From positions 85,498,001 to 85,562,000 of the forward strand of contig OX597818.1 of the NCBI GenBank assembly GCA_951406725.2: 64,000 bases of DNA. Direction: 5' to 3'. Shown here piece after piece: positions 1-14,043 of this stretch; the stretch's first letter is position 1; each line of letters opens with the position of its first letter. The position numbers were made by a program, and so were the translations under genes. The DNA is from Octopus vulgaris. Taxonomy: Eukaryota. Below the pieces are notes generated by a model. That model made no database searches. It saw only the letters and a program-made list of their open reading frames with translations, and had not been told where the DNA came from.

Positions 1-15
1 CTCTCTCTCTTTCTC

Positions 16-1094
<1,079 letters not shown>

Positions 1095-2679
1095 ATGTAT
1101 ATTTATATATAGATATTCACACACATTTATGTGCACATGCATGCATATGTGTGTATATAGACACACATGCATGATTACATGCTCATTCATTTTTTATCTT
1201 TCCTTTATGTTTTACTTGTTTCAGTCATTAGACTGTGGCCATGCTAGGGGACCAGGTCATAGGAGTGAAACAGGGTGTATCTCTTTCGTCTGTTTTAGTC
1301 ATTGGATTTCGACCATGCTGAGACTGTCACCTTGAAAAACTTTAAATAAATGGATCCCAGCTTTCATACTTCCGTTTTCCTTTTTTTTTTTTTTAAGTTT
1401 GATACTTAGCGAAGCCAGTAACTTAAAGGCTATAAACAAACTAATGACAGTTGTCAAGCAGTGGTGGTGGGGGTGACTCAAAGACACACACTTACTGAAT
1501 GTCTATTTTCCATGCTGGCATGGGCTGGACAGCTTGGCATGCACGTGCACACACATACACATGTATATATGTATGTATATGTGCTCAGAGCCCAAAGATT
1601 GTTTGAAGACACAGGGCAGTTTATGAAAACCTTCATAACCACATGTCTCAATGGCAAGAAACTATTAGTAGCTGTTATTTTAATACAGGGTACATTGAAT
1701 GATATATGCACATGTCTATGTGCATATATATATATGTATATTGTCTATTTGTGTGTCTGTATGTACATTGTAAGTATATATACATATATATATGCATGTG
1801 TGTGTACATGTATGTATATATGTGTGTGTGTATATATATGTGTATGCATATTATGTGAATGTATGTGTGTATATATATGTGAGTGTATATGCATATATAT
1901 GTGTATATATGTATGTATACATATGTATATATTTATAGGTGTGTGTGTGTGTGTGTATTATATTTTTGGATATACTTGTACATATTGTTCATAAGTAGCT
2001 ATGTTGTTGATGTAACCTCTCCATGGGGGTAGTTTGTTTTATTTCTAATCTACATTGTGTTTCGTAAAATGGTGGAATGGATAGAGTGGAGCTGACTGAT
2101 AAAAAGCTCAAACATTTTAGTTGTTTTATTTTTTATTGTTTTCAACTAAAATTATTTTTCCTGAAATGTGTGAGTGATATAATAGTGAAATTAAATTGAA
2201 TGAAATAAGTTTTAACACTGGGAGCAAACACAACACCTGACCAACATCAAACCCCAAACTCTTAAAAAAAAAATTAAAAAGGCAAAAGTTTATTTAAAAA
2301 CATTAAAAAAAAGAATTTGCTGCAGACACCCCCATGCCTCACACACACAGTACTTCTGCTCTTGACAAAAAAAAAATTGGAAAAATGAAAAAGAAAAACA
2401 GACTACAGGATCAATAGCATTAACAGAAACAAACAAAAAAAAACTAAGAAAAATTAGAGCAAAAATAAAAGACAGTCCCATCCATTCACTCATCCACCCC
2501 ATGTCACCATCATCACCATTGGCCTCACCACCTCCACCACCACACCAAACTGAACTGATTTGTGTTTGAAACCTTAACCTTTAACCTTGCAGCTTTAAGC
2601 CTGTATGATGATGGATTTACAAAGTTGGCCAAGCTGAAAGACATTGTTTTTGCTGTTGCTGTTGGTGTCATTATTTTAT

Positions 2680-2703
2680 GTCTCTCTCTTTCTGTCTCTG
2701 TCT

Positions 2704-2779
<76 letters not shown>

Positions 2780-2982
2780 CTTTGCTTCTGTCTGTCTGTC
2801 TCTCTCTCTCCAGCTATTTTTACCTTCTTGCCCTCTGTCTATTCCTACAAATGTTTGTTGTTCTTTCTTTCTTTTTCTGTCTCTCTGACTCTGTTTATCT
2901 TGGAAAACTCTCTCCTGTCTCTCTCTCTCTCCCTCCCTCTCTCTCTGCCAGTTTGTCTGTCTCTCTCCCTCTCTCTCTTTCT

Positions 2983-3019
<37 letters not shown>

Positions 3020-3025
3020 TATATC
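2680..3025. repeat. (CT)n/(CTGT)n then (TA)n simple repeats
   Basis: Directly visible. Confidence 0.95.
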
Positions 3026-4061
3026 AGTCTTTCTTTCTATAATTGTCTGTCTCTCTCCAATTTTATGTTATTTTTATTTGTTTTTAAACATTCTTAATCA
3101 CATTGTGTCTGTGTTTGCCTGTGTGCATGTATATGTGAGCGTGTGCTTTCGTTTATGTTTGTATATGTGTGTATATTCTATTGTGTGTCTTTCTCTCCTT
3201 GGCTCTACCACCTCCCCTACCATCCTGCTTATACAAGTTTAATTTTTTTTATTCATTTTCTTTTAAATATTTTTGGAAGGGGTTAGGTTTTTTGTTTTTA
3301 CTTTTTACTTTGTAAAAACTTAATGGTGTGTTTATAACTAATGACAATCAAATTTCATAGCTTCTGTGTATATATATATTTATATGTATGTGTGCCTATA
3401 TATATATATATATATTTATATGTATGTGTGTGTGTGTTTGCATGTTAGTGTGTGTATATGTCTGAGTGTAAAATGTATATATTTGTATATGTATGTATGT
3501 GCATGTGTTTTTATATGTGTGTGTGTGTATAGACATATGCATACTCAGATATGTACACACATTTATATTACCATTGTAATTTGACAGAGAGAGAGAGAGA
3601 GAGAGAAGGGAAACTTATTTATCCATATGTGATATTTTTCTCTTTATTTTTACTGATAGGTGGTCAGGGATGGGTTGAAGGAAGGAGGCTGTCATTCTTT
3701 ACACATAGTTGTTTGATTTTTTTTTCCTCTATACTTTTATTCTTTCATTCATTTACCTATTTTAGTTATTAATATTCATTGAATTTTGTTCCTGTCATTG
3801 TTTTATGGTCTCGTGCCATACTATTAATATAAATTTTTCAATTTTAGGTTGTATGTTTATGCCTGCAACCCCCCTCTTTTGTTTTCCAATTCTTCTATCA
3901 ATATAGAATTATTATAATTTTGGAGGGTTTTTTTTTTACGTCCTGCTATTCTTTTATTCATGCTTTTTGCAGTCTCAGGAATAGCATTCCAATTTTCCAT
4001 CTTGGTAACGGTGGTGGTCCTAGTTTTCTCATTATTATTAATATTATTTATTAATACCAGA

Positions 4062-4912
4062 TGGGCGAGTTAGCAGAATTGGTAGAACCATCATACCAAA
4101 AATGCTTTAGTATGTTTGCTTTGCTTCCATTTTTTTCCCTCCCTTCTATGGAAGTGTAAGTATGGCTGTATGGTTTAGAAGTTTGCTTCACAACCTTGTG
4201 GTCTCAGGTTCAGTCCCATTGTGTGGTACCATGAGCAGCTGTCTTTTCTATTTTAGGATACTGGCTTCAATCATTAAAATATGACTATGTTGACATTTTA
4301 TCTATCTTTATGTTCTGAGTTCAAATTCCATTGAGGTCAATCAACTTTGCCATCCATTCTTTTGGAATGAATAAAAATGAAATACTAATGAAGTACTGGG
4401 GTGAGTGTAATTAATTAGCTCCCTCCATCAAAATTTTAGGTCTTGTGCCTATAATAGAAAGGACTATCACTATTATCAAGGTAGTAAGGTGGCAGAACTG
4501 TTAACATACCAGATCAAATGCTTAGTGGCATTTCATCCATTTTCTACATTCTGAGTTCAAATTTTGCTGATGTCTTTCATCACATCAGGGTCAATAATAT
4601 AAATACTTGTCAAGTACTGGGGCCGATGTGATTGATTAACCCCTCCAACCAAATTCCCAGCCATGTGCTTATAATAGATAAGATTATTATTATTATTATT
4701 GCAAGCAGACAGAACTGTTAGCACGCAGGGCAAAAATGCTTTGTGGCATTTCATCCGATTTTAATGTTCTGAGTTCAAATTTTGCCGATGTTGACTTTTG
4801 TCTTTCATCCTTTCAGGGTTAATAAAATAAGTAGCACTTGAACACTGGGGTCAATGTAATCAACTTATCCCCTCCCCCATACTTGCTGGCATTGCACTAA
4901 AATTTGAAATCA
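4062..4912 (+). mobile_element. Cluster of tRNA-derived SINE family B copies (Meta-like domain, (ATT)n tails) with an interleaved family A fragment
   Basis: Repeated GGCAGAA(C/T)TGTTAGCA...TTCTGAGTTCAAAT...CTTTCATCCTTTCAGGGT..ATAAAATAAGTA...CACTGGGGTCAATGTAAT...TTGTGCCTATAATAGAAAG units. Confidence 0.85.
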
Positions 4913-4920
4913 TTATCATT

Positions 4921-5286
4921 ATTACATCTGCTTTAGCGAAGGCACAAGTATTGTTTTCAGTTGTGTTTTTTTTGTTTGTCCATGGACAAGATATCTCAAG
5001 AGCCACTGGATGGATTCAGATGAAACTTTCAGGGATGTTTGGCTTCGTAACTGGCACACACTGATTAGATTTTGGGATTGATCCAGTACTGGACAAGAAT
5101 TCTGGATTATTTTTCTTTTCTTTTTTTTTTACCTAATTTTTGAGAGCATTGGGTTCATTTTTAGTGTTCTCGTTTGTGAGAGCAGTCGAGATTATTTCAA
5201 ATATTCACATTTTAAAAATCATCTCTGGTTAATTGTTGGGAAGACATTCATGTTGCCTTGGTGGAGTTTTGTGCTCTCTGAGTGAC
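4921..5286 (+). mobile_element. Non-autonomous DNA element with subterminal inverted motifs, resembling the TTATTACCTCCGCC...GGCGGAGG..TGCGCTCTCTGAGTG class (Crypton-A/HINE-like)
   Basis: Starts ATTACATCTGC, contains TGGATGGATTCAGATGAAACTT and GATTTTGGGATTGATCC, and ends CCTTGGTGGAGTTTTGTGCTCTCTGAGTG. The family assignment is from recalled motif similarity only. Confidence 0.45.
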
Positions 5287-5320
5287 CATGTTGTTATTAT
5301 TATTATTATTATTATTATTG

Positions 5321-5532
5321 CAGGAAGATGGCAAATTCATTAGCATTCCAGACAAAATGCTTTGTAGCATTTCTTCTGGCTTTACATTGAGTTCAAATGT
5401 TACTGAGGTCATCTTTGTATTTCGTCCTTCAAGGGGCAATAAAATAAGTACCATTTGAGTACTGGGGTTGATGTAATTGACTAGTCCCCTTCACTCAAAA
5501 TTTCAGGCCTTGTACCTATAATAGAAAGGATT
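5321..5532 (+). mobile_element. SINE family B copy
   Basis: Follows an (ATT)n run. Contains GAGTTCAAAT, AATAAAATAAGTACC, ACTGGGGTTGATGTAATTGACTAG and ends ATAGAAAGGATTA. Confidence 0.85.
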
Positions 5533-6460
5533 ACTATTGGTAGAGATCGTGGTGGTGAGCATGTGTGCGTTTACGTGTGCATGCACACTATCCAACCTAT
5601 GCGAGCATGAAAGCTAGATCTTGAATGATAATGCATGTGTGTGTGTGTGTGTGTGTGCATATGTACACACACACACACGCATATATATATATGTACATTG
5701 AGAAAAAAGTTTGTGTGTGTGTATTTTCATGGAAGATTGATGCTAGATATGAAAAGGAAACAGTTGCTTGAAATGTTAAGATGCAAAGCTGGGAGATGTG
5801 AACTGATTAATGGGGCTTATTTTAGATCTGATGGTTCTTTTTTGTTGTTTCTGTTTGTATTCAGACATTTCTGGTTATGTGTGATAGATTAATATAGTAT
5901 GTGTGTTTCCATATATACATAAAAGTTTGTGTGTAAATATATGTATGTATACATGTGTGTGTGTGTATATATATATGTGCGTGTGTCTGTATGTGCGTGT
6001 GTATATAATATATATTTATTTACATGTGTATATATGTGTGTATGTATATACACAGATATATGTATGTGTATTAGATATATATCTGTATGTGTGTGTGTGT
6101 ATATGTATATATGTATTGTATACATTTGAGCATATATTTCTGGTAATGTGTGATAGATTAATATAATATGGATATGTTTTTTTGTCTATATATGAGCTCA
6201 CACATTATGTGTGTCTGAGAAATGGGTTTCATTCCATGTATTTTATGAGGTTTTCCTTGGGTACAGTATGAATATTATATATGTAATCATTATTCTTAGT
6301 TTCACAAGTGTCCATGCAACCTGTTTTCTTTTACACTTGCACACACAAACATCTGTACTTACACATACATTTACACATCAATATATACATATAACATAAA
6401 CACACAGACCTACACAAATATGTTTTTTCATACACAAACGTTCACACACACATACTCACG

Positions 6461-6491
<31 letters not shown>

Positions 6492-6632
6492 TCTACAAGT
6501 ATAGTTATATTCATATAAAACTCCTTTGTGTCTATGTCTATGCATGTTGTTACATTTAGGCAAGCACAGTAGATGTACACACCTATAACTCTATTGTATA
6601 TATATATTTTTTTCTATGTTTAAACGTGTATC

Positions 6633-6690
<58 letters not shown>

Positions 6691-6861
6691 GATGAATAAT
6701 AGGTGTGTGTATATATACATGCATGTGCATATACGTATGTGTATGGTAAGATGGAAAATATACAGAATGAATTATGTGTTCTGAGCTGGAAGTTATATTA
6801 TGAAGGTTACATCATTAGATCTTCTTCACTATGAACTAACCGAATTTGATTAGATAACACT

Positions 6862-6957
<96 letters not shown>

Positions 6958-7132
6958 ATGATGGGTGTGTGTCTATGTATGTGTATTTGAAAAAGCTTAC
7001 ACTCTTCCATTCAACGCTTTTTGCATCTTCTAAATATATGTTCTCTCTGTCTGTGAATATAAATCCAAGAGTCTCTGCCTTGTATCAGTGTTATAAACAG
7101 AATCGTTATTGATGCTGTTGTCATTGTTGTTA

Positions 7133-7165
<33 letters not shown>

Positions 7166-7167
7166 GT

Positions 7168-7568
7168 GTGGCGAGCTGGTAAAATTGTTAGAAATGTAAA
7201 GCCTGAAGAAATGCCACCAAGCATTTTGTCTGGCATGCTGAGTTCAAATCCACCGAAGTCAACTTTGTCTTTCATTCCTTTTGGGTTCAAAGAAATAATT
7301 ACCAGTTAAACATCGAGGTCAATGTAATTGACTAACCCCGTCATTCAAAACTGCTAGCCCTGTGCCAAAATTTGAAACTATTATTATTTAGGGCAGTGAG
7401 CTAGCAGAATTTTTAGCATACTGGACAAACAGCTTAGTGGTATTTTGCCTGTCGCTTCATTCTAACTTCAAATTCTATCAAGGTCCACTTTACCTTTCAG
7501 CCTTTCGGGATAGATAAAATAAGTACCAGATCTAAAATCAGGCCTTGTGACTATAGTAGAAAGGATTA
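7168..7568 (+). mobile_element. Two head-to-tail SINE family B copies
   Basis: Same diagnostic motifs twice, separated by an (ATT)n run. Confidence 0.8.
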
Positions 7569-7572
7569 TTAT

Positions 7573-7697
7573 TGGTGTTAGGAAGGACATCCAGCTGTAG
7601 AAACACTGCCAGATCAGACTGGGCCTGGTGCAGCCTTCTGGCTTCCCAGACGCCAGCTGAACCGTCCAACCGATGCTAGCATGGAAAGCAGACGTTA
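7573..7697 (+). mobile_element. 3' part of RTE-tailed SINE (family C)
   Basis: GGTGTTAGGAAGGACATCCAGCTGTAGAAAC...AACCGTCCAACCGATGCTAGCATGGAAAGCAGACGTTA, homologous to 40363-40548. Confidence 0.8.
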
Positions 7698-7730
7698 TTT
7701 CCAAGTACATTTTATCTATCTATCTATCTA

Positions 7731-7772
<42 letters not shown>

Positions 7773-7773
<1 letters not shown>

Positions 7774-7936
7774 GACGGGCTTCTATCAGTTTCCATCTAC
7801 CAAATCCACTCACAAGGCTTTGGTCAGCCTGAGGCTATAGCAGAAGACACTTGCCCAAGGTGCCATGCAGTGGAACTAAACCCAGAACCATGTGGTTGGG
7901 AAGCAACCTTCTTACCACACAGCCATACCTGTACCT
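7773..7936 (-). mobile_element. SINE family A, 5' half
   Basis: Homologous to 933-1094. Confidence 0.85.
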
Positions 7937-7939
7937 ATG

Positions 7940-7982
<43 letters not shown>

Positions 7983-8621
7983 TTTAATGTGAAGGAAATA
8001 TCGTGAAGGAATTGGTATCATCTGCAACACCATAAATAAATAAATATGTATATATATGTCTTTTGTAGCAACACAGTAACTTTGCTTGTAAATTTTTTGA
8101 CAAATGACTCCATTGAGTGTACAGGTGTAGGATGCTGTGCACACACATGTGTGTATGTGTCTGTGTATCCACCTATTGCCTTGTAAAAGGAATTAGAGAG
8201 TTTCTGTACGATTTATTATTCTTACTGGTGATCAGATTAGCTGGCAACGGATCTATTACCAAAGACAGATTGTTCTCTGTATGTCCATTTACTCTGCATC
8301 TTCATTGGCTAATGGGAAGAGAAGAGGGTTAGGGCATGAGTTTTACTGTTATTGTTGCAGCTGTATCTCATGCACGAACGTACTCTATCTGTGTATCCCT
8401 CTCATTCTCCGTCTCTTGCTTTCTCTCTGATATCATCTCTCTTTTTGACAATGGTTGGAAGTGTACTTACTGGTTGAAAAATTGCAGCAACTAGGTGAGT
8501 GAGCAACTTTTCGATTGATTAATCAATGGAGAAGCAAGAAAACTGATGGACAAATGGGCCATTATTGTCATTGTCAAAGAGAGAGAGAGAGAGAGGGAGA
8601 GGGCAGTTAGTGTCTTAGAAG

Positions 8622-8623
<2 letters not shown>

Positions 8624-8659
<36 letters not shown>

Positions 8660-8678
8660 TAGATATATATATATATAT

Positions 8679-8726
<48 letters not shown>

Positions 8727-8823
8727 ATAGATATATATATCATATATATTCATAGATATATATATCATATATATTCATAGATATATATATCATATATATT
8801 CATAGATATATATATCATATATA

Positions 8824-8882
<59 letters not shown>

Positions 8883-8890
8883 TAGATATA
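8624..8890. repeat. (TA)n array with embedded ~25-bp minisatellite (CATAGATATATATATCATATATATT)n
   Basis: About four near-identical units at ~8726-8830. Confidence 0.9.
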
Positions 8891-9287
8891 TTGATAAGGT
8901 AGTCTTATAAATATTGTCAGTTGTTACTCTTGTCTGAAGGTGAAGATGTAGGTATGACATTCAGAGACCTCAAGCAATTTTCTATAACAAAATTACTAGA
9001 CATCTATCTCAGACTATCCTTAGATTAGAGAACTCCTTACTCTCTCCATCATGTCTTAAGCTTTTCCATTTTGTGCTTAATCGAATAGTTTGTGCATACA
9101 TACTTGACACAATGCTATATACTCTATGTATAGGCACAGGGAAGACTATGTTGTCAAGAAGCTTGCTTCTGGTGTTCAATCCAATTGCACGGCACTTTGA
9201 GAAAGCATCTTCTTCTACAGCCCAGACTTCTATAGCCTTGTGAGTTAATTTGATTGATGGAAACTGTGTGAAGCCATATCATATATA

Positions 9288-9338
<51 letters not shown>

Positions 9339-9339
9339 T

Positions 9340-9685
9340 CTTTTACTCATTCTTTTATATGTTTCTGCCTTTAGTCAAACAAATCGACCCCAGGACTTAT
9401 TCATTGTAAACTCTCTTTTGCCAAACCGCTAAGTTACGGGGACATAAATACACCAACATCAGTTGCCAAGCGATGGTGAGGGTGACACACAGACACACAC
9501 ACAAATATATACACATATATATACATGACAGGCTTTTTTTTCAGTTTCCATCTACCAAATCCACTCACAAGCCTTTGGTTGGCCCAAGGCTATAGTAGAA
9601 GACACTTGCCCAAGGTGTCACACAGTGGGACTATACCCGAACCATGTAGTTGGAAAAGAAGCTTCTTACCACAGCTACCCCTATT
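9340..9685 (-). mobile_element. SINE family A, near full length
   Basis: Both halves are present with an internal (CA)/(TA) run. Confidence 0.8.
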
Positions 9686-9686
9686 C

Positions 9687-9727
<41 letters not shown>

Positions 9728-9849
9728 TATATACATATACATATTCTTTTTACTTTCTTTTGTTCATTTACTTATTTCAGTCATTTGACTGTGGCTATGC
9801 TGGAGCACCATTTATACATACACATATATCCTTTCTACTATACACACAT

Positions 9850-10618
9850 AAGGCATAACATTTTGATGAGGAAAGGGCTCAGCTGGTAATTTCATTAACT
9901 CCAAAAGGATAAAAGGCAAAATCAACCTCAATGACATTTGAACTCAGAATGTAAATCTGGAGGAAATCCCACTAAGCATTTTGTCTGATGTGCTGACAAT
10001 TCTGCCAGCTTGCCACATTAATAATAATAATAATATTAATATTGATTTCAAATTTTGGTGCAAGTCCAAACAATTTCAAGGAGGGTATTAGTCGATTAGA
10101 TCACCCCTAGTGCGTATTTATTGATCCTGAAAGGGATGGTCAGCCTGGTGGTATAGTGATTCTTCCAGCTCACTGCTTTAATAATGATTTCAAATTTTGG
10201 CACAAGGCCAGAAATTCTGGAGAAGGGGCTAAGTCAAGTGCTCAACTGGTATTTATTTTATCGACTTCAAAATGAAGAAAGACAAAGTTGACCTCGGCAG
10301 AATTTTAGCTCAGAATGTAAAGACAGACAAAATGCTGCTAAGCATTTTGCCCAAGATGCTAATGATTCTGCTGGCTCCCCATTCAAAAAAAAAAATAATA
10401 ATAATCCTTTCCACTAAGGGCATAAGACCTGAAAATTTGGGGAAGGGGACTAGTCAATTACATTGACCACAGTGTTCCACTGGTACTTAATTTTTGAACC
10501 CCAAAAGGATAAAAAGCAAAGTCGACCTCAGTGAAATTTGAACACAGAAATTAAAGACAGATGAAATGCTACTAAGCATTTACCAAGTATGCTTGTGATT
10601 CTGCCAGTCACCACCCGC
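9850..10618 (-). mobile_element. Array of ~4 SINE family B copies, minus orientation
   Basis: Repeated ATTTGAACTCAGAA, AAGCATTTTG and TTCTGCCAGC motifs with (AAT)n spacers. Confidence 0.8.
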
Positions 10619-10869
10619 TAAATAATGACAATAATAATATTAACATTAATAATACATAAAATAAACATCTTTAACAAAACACTTCTTGCTTCAATTCAGT
10701 ACATAACCAGCCAACCACCTTTCTAACCAACCAAACCACTTCTTCTCAGCTTCTCTCAACCTCAAAGACTCATTCAAAGCCTATCATGTATTGTTTTGTT
10801 TTGTTCCTATAATTCTGTGTTTATCATCTCATTACCTGTGAATAGCAATCTAATTAGATAACATTGCAT

Positions 10870-11190
10870 GTCCTCTCCCTTCCTTCTCTTCCTCCTCCTC
10901 TTCCTCCTCCTTTCTTTCTTCTTCTAATAGGGATTTACTTAGAAGCCAATTATTAAAGTTGCCTTCTCTTTCTCTCCTCCTCTCCTCTTCCCCTTTCCTC
11001 CCCTCTCCCTCACTCCCCTCTCCCTCACTCCCCTCTCCCCTTCTCCATCTTTCTCCTTCTTCCTCCCTCTCCATTTCTCTGTCTCTTTTTCTCGCCGCCT
11101 CTCTTCACACTCTTTCTCCTTTCCCCCTCCACTGCTCTCTCCTTACTGCCCCTTACTCCCTCCACCCCTCTCTTCTATCCTCTCTCCCAA
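10870..11190. repeat. Polypyrimidine/polypurine low-complexity tract
   Basis: Mostly C/T on the + strand. Confidence 0.85.
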
Positions 11191-11538
11191 TTCTCTGGAA
11201 TTCTATTAATTCTATACATAATTCTAAATACAAGTCCTCCATGTGCTTTGATTTCATTCCTTATTCTTACTTTCTCATCCATTATATTTTTTTTTATAAT
11301 ATTTTCTTAAATATTTCAATCCGTTTTATCTCTCCTTTTCTAACAACTTAGCTCACATCAACTGGTTTTTCTCATTTATTTTGTTTTATGTTCCAAATGC
11401 TTTATCTGTTGTTATGACCTTCCTTACTCTCTTCCTTCCTTCCTTCAATCTGTCATTGCATTTATCTAACTTTCTTCTGTTTCCATCTGTTCGTGTGTAC
11501 TGCTATCCATCTAACGTGTCCATCCACTTAGTTATATA

Positions 11539-11719
11539 CCATATTTTAACATGTATAAGGAACCCTTTTTTGTTAAAAATTTGGTTAAAAAAAATATGGG
11601 AGTTTCTTAAACACAGATAGTTTTATAATCCCTTACAAAACCTTTTTTTCAAAATTTGAAGCCCCCAGAATTAGGGGGTTCCTTATACAGGAGGGTTCAT
11701 CCTACACATTAAAATACCA
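11539..11719. mobile_element. TcMar (Tc2/pogo-like) MITE
   Basis: Imperfect TIRs: TA|CCATATTTTAACATGTATAAGGAACCC ... GGGTTCATCCTACACATTAAAATACCA|TA, with TA flanks. Confidence 0.6.
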
Positions 11720-12040
11720 TACAACATAAATTCTTGATTTGTTTAAAATCATCTTCACCTCAAGATGATATATAAAAATTACTAAATAACAATTAAGACC
11801 AGCTTAAGGTGTTGAACTGATAGAATCATTAGCACACCAACAAAATGCTTGGCAGTATTTCGTCCATCTTTACATTTTCAGTTCAAATTTCAATGAGGTT
11901 GACTTTCCCTTTTATCTTTTTGGTGTCAATAAAATAAGTCTAAGTAATCAACTTACCCCCTTCCCTTGAATTGCTGGCCTTGTGACATACCATTAAACAA
12001 AAGAACAAAACAGATGTATTGTCTGAAGATAAGATGATAG

Positions 12041-12079
12041 TGTTGACATGTTTCTGCCATAATAGCTGTCATCAGCACA
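12041..12079 (-). ncRNA. Minimal type I hammerhead ribozyme-like motif (Penelope-associated type), partly degenerate
   Basis: Minus strand reads TGTG-CTGATGA-CA-GCTA-TTA-TGGC-A-GAAA-CATG-TC-AACA: intact CUGAUGA and GAAA cores, palindromic ACAUGU stem III and a GUC triplet. Confidence 0.55.
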
Positions 12080-12287
12080 ACAATTCCTAACCTTATCTCA
12101 AGTAGGCTTTAATTTAGATATTAAAAAAAAAGGAGTAGAAAACATTTATAGTTCATCTCATTTTTGTTTGAATGTTTGTATGCAAATTACCTGAGAGATA
12201 TAATTCAGAAGCCAGTGGCATGTCTTTAAAAAATGTGGACATATACATGTATGTTAAATACCATACAACATTAATTCTTGACTTTTA

Positions 12288-12668
12288 GGCATGGCTATGT
12301 GGTAAGAAGCTTCTCATTCACAAGGTTCTGGTTCAGTCCCATTATGTGGCACCTTGGGCAAGTGTCTTCTAACAAAGTCTTGTAAATAGATTTGATAGGC
12401 AGAAACTAATAAAGTCATTATATGTGTGTGTTTGTTCCCTGCCACTGCTTGACAACCAGTGTTCCAGGCTTAAAAAATAGATTTGTAAATAGATTTGATA
12501 GGCAGAAACTAATAAAGTCATTATATGTGTGTGTTTGTTCCCTGCCACTGCTTGACAACCAGTGTTCCAGGCTTAAAAAATGTACTGGGGTGAATTCATT
12601 TGACTAAATACGCATAGAGGCAGTGCCCCAGCATGGCCATTGTTTAATGACTGAAATAAAGTAAAAGT
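12288..12668 (+). mobile_element. SINE family A with internal ~103-bp tandem duplication
   Basis: Family A head and tail are present. 12380-12478 is repeated at 12483-12581. Confidence 0.8.
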
Positions 12669-13318
12669 AATTCTGCTGCCAGCTCACTGCCTTATTGCTA
12701 ATACATGTGAAAAAACAGTTTCTCACATCCTTTTGTTCTAACTCTCTTCCAGATTACTGATTTATTTTTTTTCCAAACCAGAGGTGGTCATCTTTAAATT
12801 AAACAAATATTAAATTTGCTTTAATAATTAAATGAAAAACAGGCACATGTACTTTAATATAAATGATTCAAGTTTATTACTATTGCAGTGTGAAACATGG
12901 GTGTCCAGTAAACTAGTCATGTTGGCAGCAGGAATTTAAAATTCCTGCTTGTAAATTGTTGCAGACAATAAATGTCTGGAAAAATGGTGTTTTACCTGTA
13001 TTAGAAAATCAATATTTTAGACAGGTGCACTCTAGTCAAAGAAATAACCTTTAACGCTTGTTTTATATATAGTAAGTTGAGACAGCTGGTTGACACCCAG
13101 CTTGCACTTCCTCATGTTATGGCACTGGAAAAGAAAATGAGGAAGAAAAAATACAGCAATAGAAAAACAAAGACACAAAAACGAACATATGTTATTGCTA
13201 GGAATCTAGTTCAAGCAAGAAAATCTCAGGAGCCAGTCTTTAATCTAAAAATACCACCACCACCACTGCTGCCACCACTACCACCTCCTCCACCACCATC
13301 ACCACCACCACCACCAAC

Positions 13319-13359
<41 letters not shown>

Positions 13360-13774
13360 TGATGATGATGATGATAAAATACTTGTTATTTTTAAGAGGT
13401 AGTTTGTTTCTGCTTCAAACTGAAGCATGTGATTAGTTTATTGTTAGTCTATAATACAAAGTTTTACAGTAATTTTTATATTGTTGAAAGGGGTATTTGA
13501 GTAGATGAGAGAAATCAGTGGGTTTGTTAGGTGGGTGGTTGGGTGTGCAAGTGAAGAGCTACAGTAATAGTAGTTTTTCTCCTAATTTTATCACAAGGTT
13601 TACAGATCTATCATAAGAAGGTGTGGGCAGGCAACTTTGAGTGTGTTAGCAGTTAAGTAAAGCAAATTGACTTAAATTGGGAAATCAAGTCCAGATTGCG
13701 CATTTTGTATCACTGGAAGTTTTCAATTCTGATGCTTTCTACAAACAAGGTTATTATTAGAAACCACTTTTAGA

Positions 13775-13994
13775 GTAGCGAGCTGACAGACTTGTTAGAG
13801 CATTGAGGAGAAATGCCATGCTGTATTCATTCTTACTCTTTATTTTCTGAGTTCAAATCCTGCCAAAGTCAATTTTTGCCTCTTATTCTTTTGGAGTTGA
13901 TAAAATAAAGTACTAGTCAAATACTGAGCAGATTGTATAAACTAAACTCCTCCCTCCAAAATCTTTGGCTGTGTACCTAAGTCACCAGCTATTG

Positions 13995-14043
<49 letters not shown>

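Noticed and set aside
11710-12281. ~27-bp direct repeat TAAATACCATACAACAT(A/T)AATTCTTGA at ~11711 and ~12256
   Set aside because: It could be a TSD or local duplication, but the enclosed sequence is a mixture of unrelated repeats, so no single element can be defined.
12980-13015. Minus-strand AG|GT juxtapositions (CTAATACAG|GTAAAA here; CTCTCAG|GTAATT near 12190)
   Set aside because: Short or weak polypyrimidine tracts and non-consensus donors, far weaker than the 54460 site.
13117-13130. TTATGGCACTGGAA resembles the 5' end of miR-183/miR-263a, and its exact reverse complement occurs at 50571-50584
   Set aside because: The similarity stops after ~13 nt, the sequence lies in the loop rather than the arm of the local hairpin, and a 14-nt inverted match 37 kb apart is plausible by chance in a window of this size.
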